Of a DNA stretch of 64,000 nucleotides, positions 51,650 to 64,000 are shown piece by piece. A model generated the notes under the pieces. It was not told the DNA's origin. It was given only the letters and a program-made list of their open reading frames with translations, and did not search any database. The stretch is taken from the NCBI RefSeq assembly GCF_018977255.1, contig NW_024704743.1:108812001-108876000 (forward strand). Reading direction: 5' to 3'. Made by a program: the position numbers and the translations under genes. Position 1 is the stretch's first letter. Each line of letters starts with the position of its first letter. The stretch is from Callorhinchus milii (lineage: Eukaryota).

Positions 51650-52060
51650 CGTTGGTAGCATCTTCACCTCCCAGTTAGAAGGTTTTGGGTTCAAGTCCCA
51701 CATTGGGACATGGAGCTCATAGTCGAGGATGACACTCCAATGCAGTGCTTGAGAAGTGCTGCATTGTTGGAGGTGTCTTTCGGATGAGATGTTTCACTGA
51801 GGTCCCATCTGCTTGTTCAGGTGGATGTTAAAGATCCCAAAGCACTACTCAGAAAGCGAAGCGATTTTCTCCTGGTGTCCTGGCCAATAATCCTTTGTAT
51901 GAAATCGGTCATTCATTTTATGGCTGTTTGTGCGGCATGGCTTTGTGCAAATTGGCTGTGCTTTCACCTACAAAATGTGCAGTCACTGCACGTTACAGTA
52001 AATCCAGTGAAAACGATTTGAGACATCCTCCTGACAAGAAAGGCATGATATTATTACAAT
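51650..52060 (+). mobile_element. Deu-domain SINE
   Basis: gggttcaagtccc B box; gtgctgcattgttggaggtgtctttcggatgagatg body. Confidence 0.85.
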
Positions 52061-53919
52061 AAAGTGATTATAATAATAATAGCTCAACAACAGAGTACAA
52101 AGGTATAAAGGAAGCAAATAAGATAGCTGGTACACACTAATAAAGCTGCCATTGAATCAAAGGGCTGAGAGAGCAGTTCTAAACCCTGTGACCCCTCACA
52201 AATTATGAAAGCTGAAGACCTTGATTGCGTTGGAGCTTTGTAACTCATTCTGAAGTAACCATTACTCTCTGTTATTGTAAAACAGCTTCACAGATGGTGA
52301 TCATACCAAAGCTATATGTGCAATCTGGGCACCGTTTGAGAAAATAGTCCCTCAAAATTTAAAAATAATCACAGGACAGAATAGCAACAAATGTTGTCAT
52401 ACGTACATGAGACATGCACAATCATTTGCATGTTTTACTTTTAGAAATATTACCTTACTCCCGGAAGAATGAAAGTAACTGTTGCACGTGTGCCTGGAAA
52501 TTTTTTTTTTTTTTCGGCTCTTCTGGCTTTTGGATTTCTCTTGTTCCAAACACAAAGGGTTTGGCTTCCTTGCACTTTGATTGACAGTCTGGCAGAGGAG
52601 GTTCAGGCACACAGCCCACTCAGCCTTTCCATTGCACATGATTCAGCATATAGTTGCTGGAAACTCTGAGCAGTTTTCAATGCAAAGTTTTAACTGTCTA
52701 CAACCTGATCAAGTATTTTTGTATTTAAGATCCTCAGTATTTTAGAGGCTAGGTACAGTGCAGTCTCATTATAAAGCGCTTCACTATAGTGCAAATTCTC
52801 TCATAATGCAGTTGTACTATAGAATCCATTCGCTGCACAGGTGCAGAGCATTCCTGTGAGCTGAACAGCTTTTCACAGTAAAATAGCCAACATGCAGCTC
52901 ATTCCTGGACCCACAAACACTCGTGAAGTGAATGACTAATTTTACCTGGGGATTATTGGTCTGGATATGGGAGAAACTGTGATGGTTAAGCGCACCAGGC
53001 ACTGTCTGTACATTGCAGACTGGGTTACAGGGGCTGCCTTTAGCACCTCACTGTTGTTGTGTTTTCTTTGGAGGCCGGCTACATTGATTACATCAGTTTA
53101 CCTCATTGGCAACATCGGCCTTCCAGTTGTATGAATATACATCTGGGTCTGTGCCCTGATCTGCGTTAATACTTTATTCTCACGGTGGTCATTATGCATA
53201 TAATAATGAATAATCCTTTCATTTGATTATTCAAATATTGTCACGTCTTCAAGATGTCTCAAAGCACTTCACAGAATATACTGTAAAGTAAATTGACGGT
53301 ATATTTGTGATGTACAACAGTATTATACACAGAGCCTGTTTGCTTTTTTCTGGCTGCTTGCTCAAGGTCCTCCTACGCTGACACATAGTAAATACCAGTG
53401 GTAATTGAAACAGCACTAAGACCTTGTACATTATCTATATTCTCTTGTGGCTACTAGCATCTTATTATCTCTGACCCTGTCTGCCTTTAAGCACTTCCTT
53501 GGACCTATAATACCCTTTGGGTCTCAGCTAGTTGCTCTGCATATCTGACAGTAGAAAATGAACCTATTTTGTAATTGTCATCCAGTGTTGTGAAAGGAAT
53601 AACAATTCAGTGATAGCACTGCTTCCATAACCTTTGTTATTTGAAGCCACTTAACCTCATCTTGTTATATGATTGTCATTTAGAATCAGAGAAATTCAAG
53701 AGCTGCTTGAAGAGCATTATTAGAGCTTTGGCACATCAAAAGCAAATAGAAAAAAGGTTGTCATCCTAAATCAACTCAGTTAGCATTCACATCTATACAA
53801 TTACATTGTGCTTAATGAACTCCTCTGTGCTTAAATACATTGTATTGTGGAACGTACAAAACACATTAAGAAATGTTATCACATTAAAATAATATTGGTG
53901 TTTGATATGGTAATAGGGT

Positions 53920-54240
53920 GTCTTACCTGCAAATCCATCCACATCTTGGCACCTCTTTACATCTCCTATCTTCTTCCCTGCTCCCCGCTGGACCTCCTCC
54001 ACTCAGCTAACCCAGGCTTGTGTCACATCCCCACCTTCCCTTGGTGCTGAGCCTCAGTTCCTGTGCCCCTAGCCTCTGGAACTCCCTCCCTCTATCCCAT
54101 CTCACCTCCTCTCTTTCTAACTTTAAGTCTGCCTCAAAACCTACCTCTTGAAACAAGCCTATGTTCACCTCCTACTTCCCCCTCCTCCCTTGCTAAGTGT
54201 CTAACCCCATTCATTGTAAGGTGCTCAGAGACTTACAATT
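53920..54240 (+). mobile_element. Old L2 3' end
   Basis: LTCKSIHILAPLYISYLL...; ctctggaactccctccc. Confidence 0.7.
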
Positions 54241-54599
54241 AAAAAAGGTAATGAAGTTATTGTTTTTGTCTCAAAGAGCTCCACAGGATTTACTATAAAG
54301 TGTAGTGACTGTTATTTTGTAGGCGAATTGTAAAATATGAAGTGTCAATTGTCTTCAGGAAACACGTGTTCTAGATTCAGTAAGGGTTACTTCATTTGAA
54401 GATGTTACGATCCAGTTTTGTATCCCTTCATAATCAGAGGGGCTCCATACCTGATCAGACTGGAAAGTTTCATTAAATTTGTAGTCTGTTAATATGATGA
54501 GTAATAAATGTATTCTGCCGCTTGATAGCCCCTTCCCCACTGTGCTCAGCAGCTCCTTTTCACATATCTTTGTAAAGGACTGGTAACTCTCAGGTTATC

Positions 54600-54920
54600 C
54601 TAATGTTCCCTCACTGAGAAAACATGAATATGTACTCACCTCTACACTGTAGACACTCAACTAAAGACACTACGACATTCCTACAGACTTCACTCAGAGC
54701 AACTGATCAGAACACCAACTTCAACACCAGCAAAGGCTTAGAGTTGCAAAAGGCAATTTCAGTCTCGTTAAAACAAAGGGTAATTAACGACTGGAACAGG
54801 TTGCCAGGTAAGGTGAATGAGGCCAGGATACTGGACTCATTTAAAAAGCAGCTTGATGCTATGATGTGTTGAGTATTCTGGATGGGCCTTCTTCATGCAA
54901 ACCAACCTTGTGATGTTGTG
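54600..54920 (+). mobile_element. Old CR1 3' end
   Basis: QRVINDWNRLPGKVNEARILDSFKKQLD. Confidence 0.8.
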
Positions 54921-55554
54921 AACACAGTCAGAACATTTCAGACATATCTCTGCATTAGATCAACATGGGAAACAAATGGCACTGGAATGCTCAAGGTCGG
55001 ATGACCACAATACTGCATGTATTTGTTAAAAACATCAACCTTTGTTGCTGTGGGTCCAGCAATGGGCATTCATTATTTACCCACCAACCAGCAGGCACAG
55101 TGAAATGCAACGGCAGAAAAATGCCTCTCTGAACAACTGAGAGAATGTTTTCAGCAGCTGACCAGCAGTTTGGTATCCCATGTGAGGGTAGATCTCAGCC
55201 CAAATCTGAATCCAGAAGTCACTTAGACCAAACTGGGCTAACATTGGGGATTTCTGAACAAACCTGAAATGTCTCAATGTTCCACACCATTAACTTATGT
55301 CTTGCTTTCAAATGGAGATCCAGCACATTTCCTGAACTTTCAGTTTGTTATTTCAGATTTCCAGCGTTCATACTTTTTCTTTTTGCAAGATTTCAATATT
55401 TCTTTTCATCTTCAACTCTCTGTCAAATTGTGCATTAAATCTAGAACGTACTTTTATTTGAAACTAAAATAACCTTCTGTCAGTTCCTTACATGTACGTA
55501 GGACTTGTTCACCTTTATACTCAAGATTCAGTCTGTTTGTACACTTAAGACTTG

Positions 55555-55872
55555 GAGTCCTGTAGCTCAGTGGTTAGAGCACTCGCTTTGCAAGTGAGAG
55601 ACCTGAGTTCAATTCCAGGCAGGGCCAAACCTTGGGCACATTTTCTTACTCCACACGCCTAATAATCCCTCCAAAAAACAAAACAATAATAAATTGGTCA
55701 TTTTCAATCTACGACTGTTTGTGGGACATTGCTGTGCGCAATTGGCTGCCGCGTTCGCCCACAAATATACAGTCAATTCACTTTACAGTGTGTTCTGTGA
55801 AGCGCTTTGGGACTTCCTCCTGACGTGAAAAGCGCTATACCAAATGCAACAATTATTATTATTATTATTATT
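55555..55872 (+). mobile_element. Full-length tRNA-Ala SINE, short form
   Basis: Complete head, junction ccacacgcc|taataatccc, and (att)n tail. Confidence 0.93.
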
Positions 55873-56584
55873 AACCCCACTAAATTATTTATCTAAAAAA
55901 AACATGATTTGTTGATCATATTTGTATTTCATAAGAATGTGCAAACTGGAAATAAATTCCTACACTTTTTTATCTATGCGCATTCAGCTGGCAAGGGGTA
56001 AGCAGTGGGGAGTCGAGCCTGTGCTGTGACTCTTTGTGTGTTCCGGATTTCATATCCTGGGGCAGTAGATTGCTTTCTGGGGCAACAGACGACTATCTGC
56101 AAGCATTTGACCACTCGTCAAGCTTCATCACTGCAAACAGAATGACACAACTGAGCCCATCATCGCAATTGTGCTTATGGCACAGAGCAAACTCATCGCA
56201 TCTTTTTGCAAAATAACAATTGCAGCGGGACTGAGACTGACCAGTCCCATAAATAGCCTTAACAATAGCAGTCTAACTTATTTATGCAGAGGAGCACTGT
56301 ACATTTGTGCAGTTTCACAAATTAGAAAGGTTCAGGACACTGTTCCAGACATTATTATGATTCAGCCGTTTATGGTTGATGTTGTCAACACATCACATTA
56401 AAACCGCCATGAAACTGGATGATCTTTTACAACTCAGACTATGCAGAGTTATTAACTAAAATGCAAAAAAAATTATCATGTTATGTTTCACAATCATTTT
56501 ATCATCTGAAGAAAAAAATATCTGTGGATTCAAAAGTTCCTGTGTACTGTTCAATTCATGCACACATGCAAGCTCTCATTAAGC

Positions 56585-56945
56585 AGAAACAACAACAGCA
56601 ACAACAACAAAATTACATTTGTAAAGCGCCTTTCACATCGGGAGGATGTCCTCAACGTTGCAGAGGTGGGGGAAGGTGGGTCATGGCACGCATATGGGGG
56701 AGAAAGGACAGATGAGGGTCGAACAAGCCACTCGGGTTCTGACTGGCTTGATGAGGTGGTGGAGTGTGCATCCGTGGATGTTGATGCTACCAGTGCTTGA
56801 GGTGTTGAGGCATTGGCGCAGACCAATCATGGGGGCCTCAGTCTTGCTGACATTCAGCTGTAGAAAGTTGGCTCTCATCCAGGACTTGATGTCTGACAGA
56901 CAGACGTCAGGACGTCAGTTATCCTGGAATCAAGGGTAGAAAGCC
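56585..56945 (-). mobile_element. L2 3' end joined to post-RT region (large internal deletion)
   Basis: MRANFLQLNVSKTEA lies ~200 bp from the (caa)n tail. Confidence 0.8.
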
Positions 56946-57122
56946 TTCAATATGGTATTAACCTACCTAAAAAAATTCCTTGACTTGGATTTGGCACCTT
57001 TCATGTTAGGAGGACATTTCAAAGAGCTTCACGTGATACACTACAATGTGTATATTCTAGGTGAACGCCTACAGTTTATGTTGCTGCCTTTTGTCATAAA
57101 GTGCAATCTCTAACATCATTCA

Positions 57123-57520
57123 TCGACCTGGCTCAGCTGGTAGCATTCTTGCCTCTGAGTCGGAAGGTTGTAAAGACCTTGAGCTCACATTCTCTATGCT
57201 GATACCAGTGTAGTGCTGGGTGGTCTGCTACATTGTTGGAGGTGCCATCTTTCAGATAAGACTTTCAATTGATGTTAAAGATCCCATTGGCACTATTCAA
57301 AAAGAGAAGTTTTTCTCAGTGTCATGGTCAGACCAGATAAAATTGGTCATCCAAGCGCAGAACCTTGGGATGTCCTCCCAATGAGAAAGGTGTTAAATAA
57401 GTGCAATTTGTTGTTGTCATTCACTTCATGACTATTTGTGGGAGATTGCCATGTGCAAATTGCCTATCATGTTTGCCTTCAAATACACTGTCATTGGATA
57501 TCAAATATAAGTTTTTTTAT
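57123..57520 (+). mobile_element. Deu-domain SINE with nested L2 tail (57351-57415)
   Basis: Head tggctcagctggtagcattc; the insert is flanked by gtcat on both sides. Confidence 0.75.
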
Positions 57521-57617
57521 TATGAATAATACAAAGCTTGTAATGCCTGTGTCAGTAATTCAAAACACCGTCTTCATAATTCTTTATGAAAGGTAACTTT
57601 GGTCAGCGATCAGATTG

Positions 57618-58043
57618 TATCCTTACCTACAAGGTCATTCACGGCCTTGCTCCCTCCTACCTCTCTGACCTACTATCCCCCTACCTACCTGCCCGGACTC
57701 TCCGTTCCTCTGGCTCCGGTCTGCTCCATATCCCCTGCCCCAACCACCCTACCATCGGTGGCCGGGCCTTCAGCCTCTCAGCCCCTAGGCTTTGGAACTC
57801 TATCCCCCAGTGCCTTCGCCGCCTCCTCCCTTTCCTCCTTCAAGGCCGGTCTCAAGACTTTTCTCTTTGACCGAGCCTTTGGCTCCCCTCTCAACTCTCT
57901 ACCCCCTCCTTGCTCCCTCCCTTCCCTCCCCTCACCCTGACCATTTCCCCCCTGCTCAGGTCCTGACCCAATTGTACAGCGCCTTGGGACATCCTCCTGA
58001 CGTGAAAGGCGCTCTGTAAATGGAATCTTGTTGTTGTTGTTGT
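57618..58043 (+). mobile_element. L2 3' end, near-identical to 204-610
   Basis: ILTYKVIHGLAPSYLSDLLSPYLPARTLRSSGSGLL; same tail. Confidence 0.92.
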
Positions 58044-59587
58044 AGGTTGCATAAAGTCACCCTTTTTAGAGAGAATAAAGGAAACCTGGAAGTAGATTTC
58101 TTGACTGTAACCTAATTTCAGGATTCAAAAGCTATCAAATTGGAAGTTTAAGTTACAGTATGTTGGTCTCTGCATCGAGCATGTAAAATCATCCCTTAGT
58201 CAATTGGAGAGATGCACGTATTAACTGTGGTTCAATGGCACAATTCTGCAACAGGGCAAAAAGAATCATTGAGACATGAGCCCACAATGACAAATGCGGT
58301 ATTTGGAGCACACAAAGCAGAATAACCCCTTGGTTTATTTTATTAAACGTCCTTTGGAAGCTTGGGTCTGAGCAGCTGCTGCATCAGCCTGCTTTGCTAA
58401 CTGGCTCTTAAACACCATTGGTAACTATGGCATCGGACAGATGAGCGAAGCTATAGCATCAGTAAATAAAGGTTCAGTTTCAGACCTTCTTAGACACACT
58501 GAATACCTGAACAAAGCATCTGAGGTATAATATTCTCAGAGCTGCAACCAAACTGAAGTCAAGGAGCAAGAAGTGGTGGCGGGGGAAGTGGAAGGAAACA
58601 TCTGTGCTCTGCTAAAGGCTACCCTGAAGTCTGTAAAAGTTGCTGCTTCAAAGAGTTTAAACATACCTGACTGGCCAATAATTGTATGGCTAATTAACAC
58701 TTCACCCTCATCCAGTTCAATCGAGAAAAGGGCAGAGGCTTAGGAATTGGCAGAATGAGAAGTTCAGAAGTAAAAGCACTTGATATTTATGAGAACCAAG
58801 TTACAAAAAAACAAACGTGTTCTGGGAAATGGTAAAAGTCACACTATGTCCTGCACCCTGGATAGGTTATGATTCACTGTTGACTGGGAGTGACTATGTT
58901 TAAAGTTCTTGGAAACAAACAAATCTTTGTCTCTTCAGTGGCTAGTGTTCTGAACAAGCGCACACAATCATACACTGGAAATAGTCTTTGTGAGAACCAT
59001 TTTATAGAGCAGTAATTAGTTGAAAAATAGCTTGTGTAATGTGTCTTTCAAATGACAAATAACTGGGGGAAAATATATTACAGCAGGAATTACACAGGAA
59101 ATCAAGGAATGAGAAAAGGTCACCCAATCTAACAACAAGTCATTTGGATCCAAAGATCATGAACAGTCTATCGTGTCATAGATTCTACTGCACCTCCTGC
59201 TCAGGAAATGTTCTGCACAAATGTGGTCGAATTCATAAAGATATCATGCCTAAACTATCATGAGTATCTATCCATGCCCAACTCCAAACTATTCAACTAT
59301 GGAATTCACATTCAGGTTCAAATCCCTCCAAGGTCTCCCCTACACGATCCCTCTAATTCCAGCAGCCTTCTGATTCACAACGTGCTACCAACTGAGGCAA
59401 ACACACATCTAATGCTGATAATCAGTAACTTTAGTTTCACTGGAGGCTTGTTTATTTTAAGCTTATTTGCTTTAATTCTGCACCCACAGCGCAATTCAAA
59501 TATCAAGATCATCCATTGTGATTGCATCTTTGCATTAATTACCACGAGGTCATATCAGCACCAGATTAGCCAGAACAGATCTTATAG

Positions 59588-61260
59588 AGATGCACCAAAG
59601 GGATAAGAACAGGGAGCAACTTAGGGAAATGTTCATTAGTAGAGAATTGGTGCTAGGGAAACTGTTAGCACTAAAAAGTGACAAATCCCCTGGTCCGGAT
59701 GGCTTGCATCCCAGGGTTTTAAAAGAGGTAGATTATGAGATAGTGAAGGCCTTATGTCTGATCTTCCAAAATTCCTTGGATTCTGGAACAGTCCCCATGG
59801 ATTGGAAGATCGCAAATTTCACACCACTATTTAAAAAAGGTAGAAAGGAAAAGATGGGAACTATAGGCCAGTTAGTCTCACATCAGCGATAGAAAAAAAT
59901 TTAGAATCGTTGATTAAGGATGTGGTAGTGCGGTATTTAGGGGAGCACAATATAATTAGGCCAAGTCAACATGGCTTTACAAAAGGGAAGTCCCGTTTGA
60001 CAAATCTCATAGAGTTTTTTGAGGACATTTCCAGTAAACTAGATAAGGGTGAATCAGTGGATGTGGTCTATTTGGACTTCCAGAAGGCATTCGATAAGGT
60101 GCCGCATAAAAGGTTAGTCCAAAAGATAAGGGCCCATGGAATTGGGGGGAGCATATTAACATGGATTGGGGAATGGTTAACGGGTAGGAAACAAAGAGTA
60201 GGGATAAACGGGTCCTTTTCGGATTGGCGGGATGTGACTAGTGGAGTGCCACAAGGATCAGTCCTTGGGCCTCAGCTATTTACCATCTACATCAATGATA
60301 GATGAGGACATCAAAGTTAATATATCTAAATTCGCGGATGACACAAAACTAGGAGGAAGTGCCAACACAGAGGACGACATTAAAAAAATGCAGCGAGACA
60401 TAGATAGGTTAGGTGATTGGGAAGGTAGGTGGCAGATGAAGTACAATGTAGGGAAGTGCGAAGACTTTCACCTAGGTAGCAAAAACAGTAGTGGGTTATT
60501 TTTTGGAAGGGGAGAGATTGGAATGTGTTAGCGTCCAGAGGGACTTGGGTGTCCTTGTACACCAATCACAGAAAGTTAGTCTGCAGGTGCAGCAACAATT
60601 AGGAAGGCGAACGGTATGTTAGCATTCATTATGAAAGGATTAGAGTATAAGAGTAGGGAAGTCTTGCTGCAACTGTATAGGGCCCTGGTGAGACCACACC
60701 TGGAATACTGTGTCCAGTTTTGGTCTCCTCATTTAAGGAAGGATGTACTTGCCTTGGAGGGGGCGCAGCGTAGATTTACTAGTTTAGTGCCAGGGATGAA
60801 GGGGATGAGTTACAAGGATAGACTGACCAATTTGGGCCTATATTCTCTAGAATATAGAAGAATTAGAGGGGATCTTATAGAAACCTATAAAATCATCAAA
60901 GGGCATGATAGAGTAGATAGTGGGAGATTGTTTCCCCTGGTTGGAGAAACTAAAACCAGGGGTCACAACCTTAAAATCAGAGGCCAGCCCTTTCGCACTG
61001 AGTTGAGGAAGAACTTCTTCACTCAAAGGGTGGTGAATGTATGGTACTCACTACCCCAAAGGGCTGTTGATGCTCAGTCCTTGAACATATTCAAGACTGA
61101 TATAGATACATTTCTTATTGCAAAAGGGATTAAGGGATATGGGGATAAGGCAGGGTCAGGTTATTAGCTGGAGTTAGATTAGAAGATCAGCCATGATTGA
61201 ATGGCGGGGCAGGCTCAAAGGGCCGAATGGCCTACTCCTGCTCTACATGTTATGTTATAT
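59588..61260 (+). mobile_element. CR1 LINE, 5'-truncated, frameshifted RT, complete 3' UTR
   Basis: Four consecutive ORF pieces with [23 protein letters not shown] and FADD; 3' UTR gggccgaatggcctactcctgctc...atgttatgttat. Confidence 0.96.
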
Positions 61261-61282
61261 TAATATCTTATCTAAGTCTTTC

Positions 61283-62360
61283 CAACAACAACAACTTGCA
61301 CTTGTATAGCGCCCTCCATGCCAGGTGGCGTCTCAGAGCACTTAACAATAGTGGAGTCCAAGGCTGAGCCAGCGGGAGGGGGAAGGTGACCATATGTGTG
61401 GTCGAAAAGGAAGCTCTTCAGGCGCGACCTGAAGATGGGGAAGGAGGGGGCAAGGCGAAAAGGTTGAGAGAAGGAGTTCCAAATTTTCGAGGCATAGTGG
61501 CTGAAGGCACGGCCACCAATGGTGGAGCGGAGGATTCACAGGACGCAAAGGAGGCCGGACCCAGTAGAGCGGAGGCACCAGGTACTGCTGTGGGGAGAGA
61601 GCAGGTTAGGGAGATAGGAGGGTGCCAAGGAATGGAGGGGTTTAAACACTACAGTGCGGATCTTGAAGTCGATCCTCTCTGTGACAGTGAGCCAGTGGAG
61701 TTTGGCAAGGACTGGGGTAATCGGGGTACGCAGTTTGGTGCGGGTGAGAATGCGAGCGGCGGAGTTTTGAATGAGCTGAATTTTGTGAATTGTGGAGGAG
61801 GGGAGACCAGCGAGGAGGGCATTAGAGTAAACCAGTCGAGAGGTGACAAAGGCATGGACAAGGGTTTCGGCAGCTTTTGGGGTGAGGTATTGTCAGACCC
61901 GGGCAATGTGGCGAGGTGGAAGAAAACGGTGCTGGTCAAGGACCAGATGTGGGTGAGGAAGGATAACTGGGGATCAAACCTGATGCATAAGTTACGCACG
62001 GGTTCCGAGAGTTTTAAGGCAGATTGGCTAGGTTGAGGAGGTCAGAACCGTGGGACAGAAGACGTCTGTGGGAACCAAAGAGTATGGCTTCTGTCTTACT
62101 GATGGTTAACTGCAGGAAATTTGTGCTCATCCAATTCCTGATGTCCGACTGACAAGTTGACAGAACATCGGGGGACTGGAGGTCGCAGCTGGAGGTGGAA
62201 AAGTAGAGTTGAGTGTCATCCACATACATGTGGAAGTTAACTCCGTGTCTGCGATGAAATCACCGAGAGGAAGCATATAGATGAGGAAGAGAAGGGGGCC
62301 AAGGATGCATCATTGGGGTACCCCGCAGGTGACCTGGCGGAAGCGCGAAGAAAAGCCAAC
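61283..62360 (-). mobile_element. L2 LINE, RT end to 3' tail
   Basis: MYVDDTQLY and WMSTNFLQL..SKTE motifs; (caa)n tail at 61283. Confidence 0.92.
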
Positions 62361-62989
62361 AATGGGTAACATTCCACTATCCCTACTGAATGTTCTTACA
62401 TTAGGTGAGTTTAGGGTTTTCTGAGAGCACTACCACAGCTTAATGGTCCGCAGTGACCAAGTCTGGTTTAATACAAGCGATCTCCATACGTAAGAGAGGG
62501 AAATCCCATCATTGGCAGCTGAAATATCACAAAAGCTAATACTCCACCCAAGCAGTAGGTCACCCGCAATACGGTGAATTACCTGGGTTTGCCAGAGGAC
62601 TGGTGTGTGAGGAGTCTCAGATTCAACGGAGAGACTATGCCTGAGGTGTACCATCTGTCCCATGAAGATCTGTGGGGCTTATCCATAATATTCTAACCCT
62701 GCCATCTTCCTGTTACAGCAGCAAGCTGTTTTTTTATTTAGTCCAGTATACTGGCTTTAATCAGCTTTCCAAATAACCAGCTTCAATTGTTGAGTGCCCT
62801 CTGTGTTCAAAATATTATTTGCTGTCTGAGCTAAAATTTTTCCTCACAACCCTGTCTATTTTCTCTTGTCCTTCTACCTTGATGTAAGTATTGCTCTGGG
62901 TTTATTTTGCCTATCCTATTTCCTGGGTGAAACCTTAGGCAAGTTTCCTTACTCCACATGCCTCTGTTTAGCCAGCAGTAAGCCATCTC

Positions 62990-64000
62990 ATGCAGTGTTC
63001 CTCAGGGCTGTGTGCTTGGTCCCTTCCTCTTCAATATCCATATGCTCCCTCTTGGTGACATCATCCTCAGACATGGGGTCAACTTCCACATGTATGCGGA
63101 TGACACCCAACTCTATCTCTCTGCTTCCACCCTTGATTCCAGGACCACTGCTGTCCTGACAGAATGTCTGTCAGACATCAAGTCCTGGATGAGAGCTAAC
63201 TTTCTTTAGTTGAACATCAACAAGTCTGAGGCCCTCCTGATTAGCTCCCGTCAGCGCCTCCACACCTCAGGCGCTGACAGCATCACCACCCAAGGATGCA
63301 CACTCCACCTCACCAAGCCAGTCTGGAAACTTGGCATTCTGTATGACCCTCACTTATCCTTTCTACCTCACATCCATGCCATGTCCTAGTCTGCCTTCCC
63401 CACCTCCGTAAAATCGCCCGGCTCCGCCACTGTCTCAGACTGCAGGCCACTGAAACCCTCATACACGCATTCATAACATCCAGGCTTGACTATGCAAACT
63501 CTCTGCTTGTCGGCCTCCCCAACTCCTCACTTCATAGGCTGCAGATCATCCAGAACTCTGCAGCCCATGTCCTCTCCTCAGGCTCCGTGAACCTATCACC
63601 CCCATCCTCGCTCGACTCCACTGGCTCCGCTTCATACAGAGGATACAGATCAAGATCCTGGTCCTCACCTTCATGGTCTTGCTCCACCCTACCTCTTTGA
63701 CCTCCTAACCCCCAACTAACCTGCCCACTCCCTTCACTCAGTGGGCTCAGGCCTGCTTCATGTCCCCCGCCTCGCCCACCCCACCATTGGCGGGCGAGCT
63801 TTCAGCTACTCTGCCCCCACCCTCTGGAACTCCATCCCGCAGGCCCTCCACCTCACCCCCTCCCTTGCCTCCTTCAAGACCCATTTCAAGACCCGGCTCT
63901 TTGACCATGCCTTCGATCACCCTCCTTCCCCCCTGCCCTCCACCCTCCATGAGCCTGATCCCCAGTTCGTGTCCAAAACACTGACTGTCCAGCGACTTGG
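62990..64000 (+). mobile_element. L2 LINE, RT end to near the 3' tail (runs off window)
   Basis: LGPFLFNIHMLPLG..FHMYADDTQLY and WMRANFL motifs. Confidence 0.92.

Noticed and set aside
54630..54665. Strong minus-strand donor GAG|gtgagt
   Set aside because: It lies within a decayed CR1 fragment and has no convincing acceptor.
1..64000. Short 60-140 aa ORFs as host genes
   Set aside because: They are alternative frames of LINEs/SINEs or show no recognisable homology; many use non-ATG starts.

Overview
Repeat-dense vertebrate non-coding DNA (intronic or intergenic). The repeat content (CR1 and L2 LINEs, tRNA-Ala/CORE-like SINEs with L2-type tails, Deu-domain SINEs) suggests a cartilaginous fish, possibly a chimaera; this assignment is inference. 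I recognise no intact host protein-coding gene. The long ORFs are LINE reverse-transcriptase fragments: CR1 at 15.2-16.8 kb, 59.6-61.3 kb and 3.2-4.1 kb; L2 at 4.1-5.2 kb and 61.3-64 kb. Less obvious items read from the sequence: a decayed intronless RPL36 retropseudogene (9447-9750); a PIF/Harbinger transposase fossil (42255-42720, minus); a 49-bp inverted copy (48/49) of unique DNA at a CR1/SINE junction 1.5 kb away; a 61-bp hAT MITE with 8-bp TSD; AmnSINE2-like copies; a four-copy unclassified retroposon; two SINE subfamilies; three CTCF-like sites; Hox13 and E-box motif clusters; and a few candidate minus-strand exons. I found no convincing new multi-gene system. Repeat family names come from recalled consensus sequences, not searches, and repeat boundaries are approximate.
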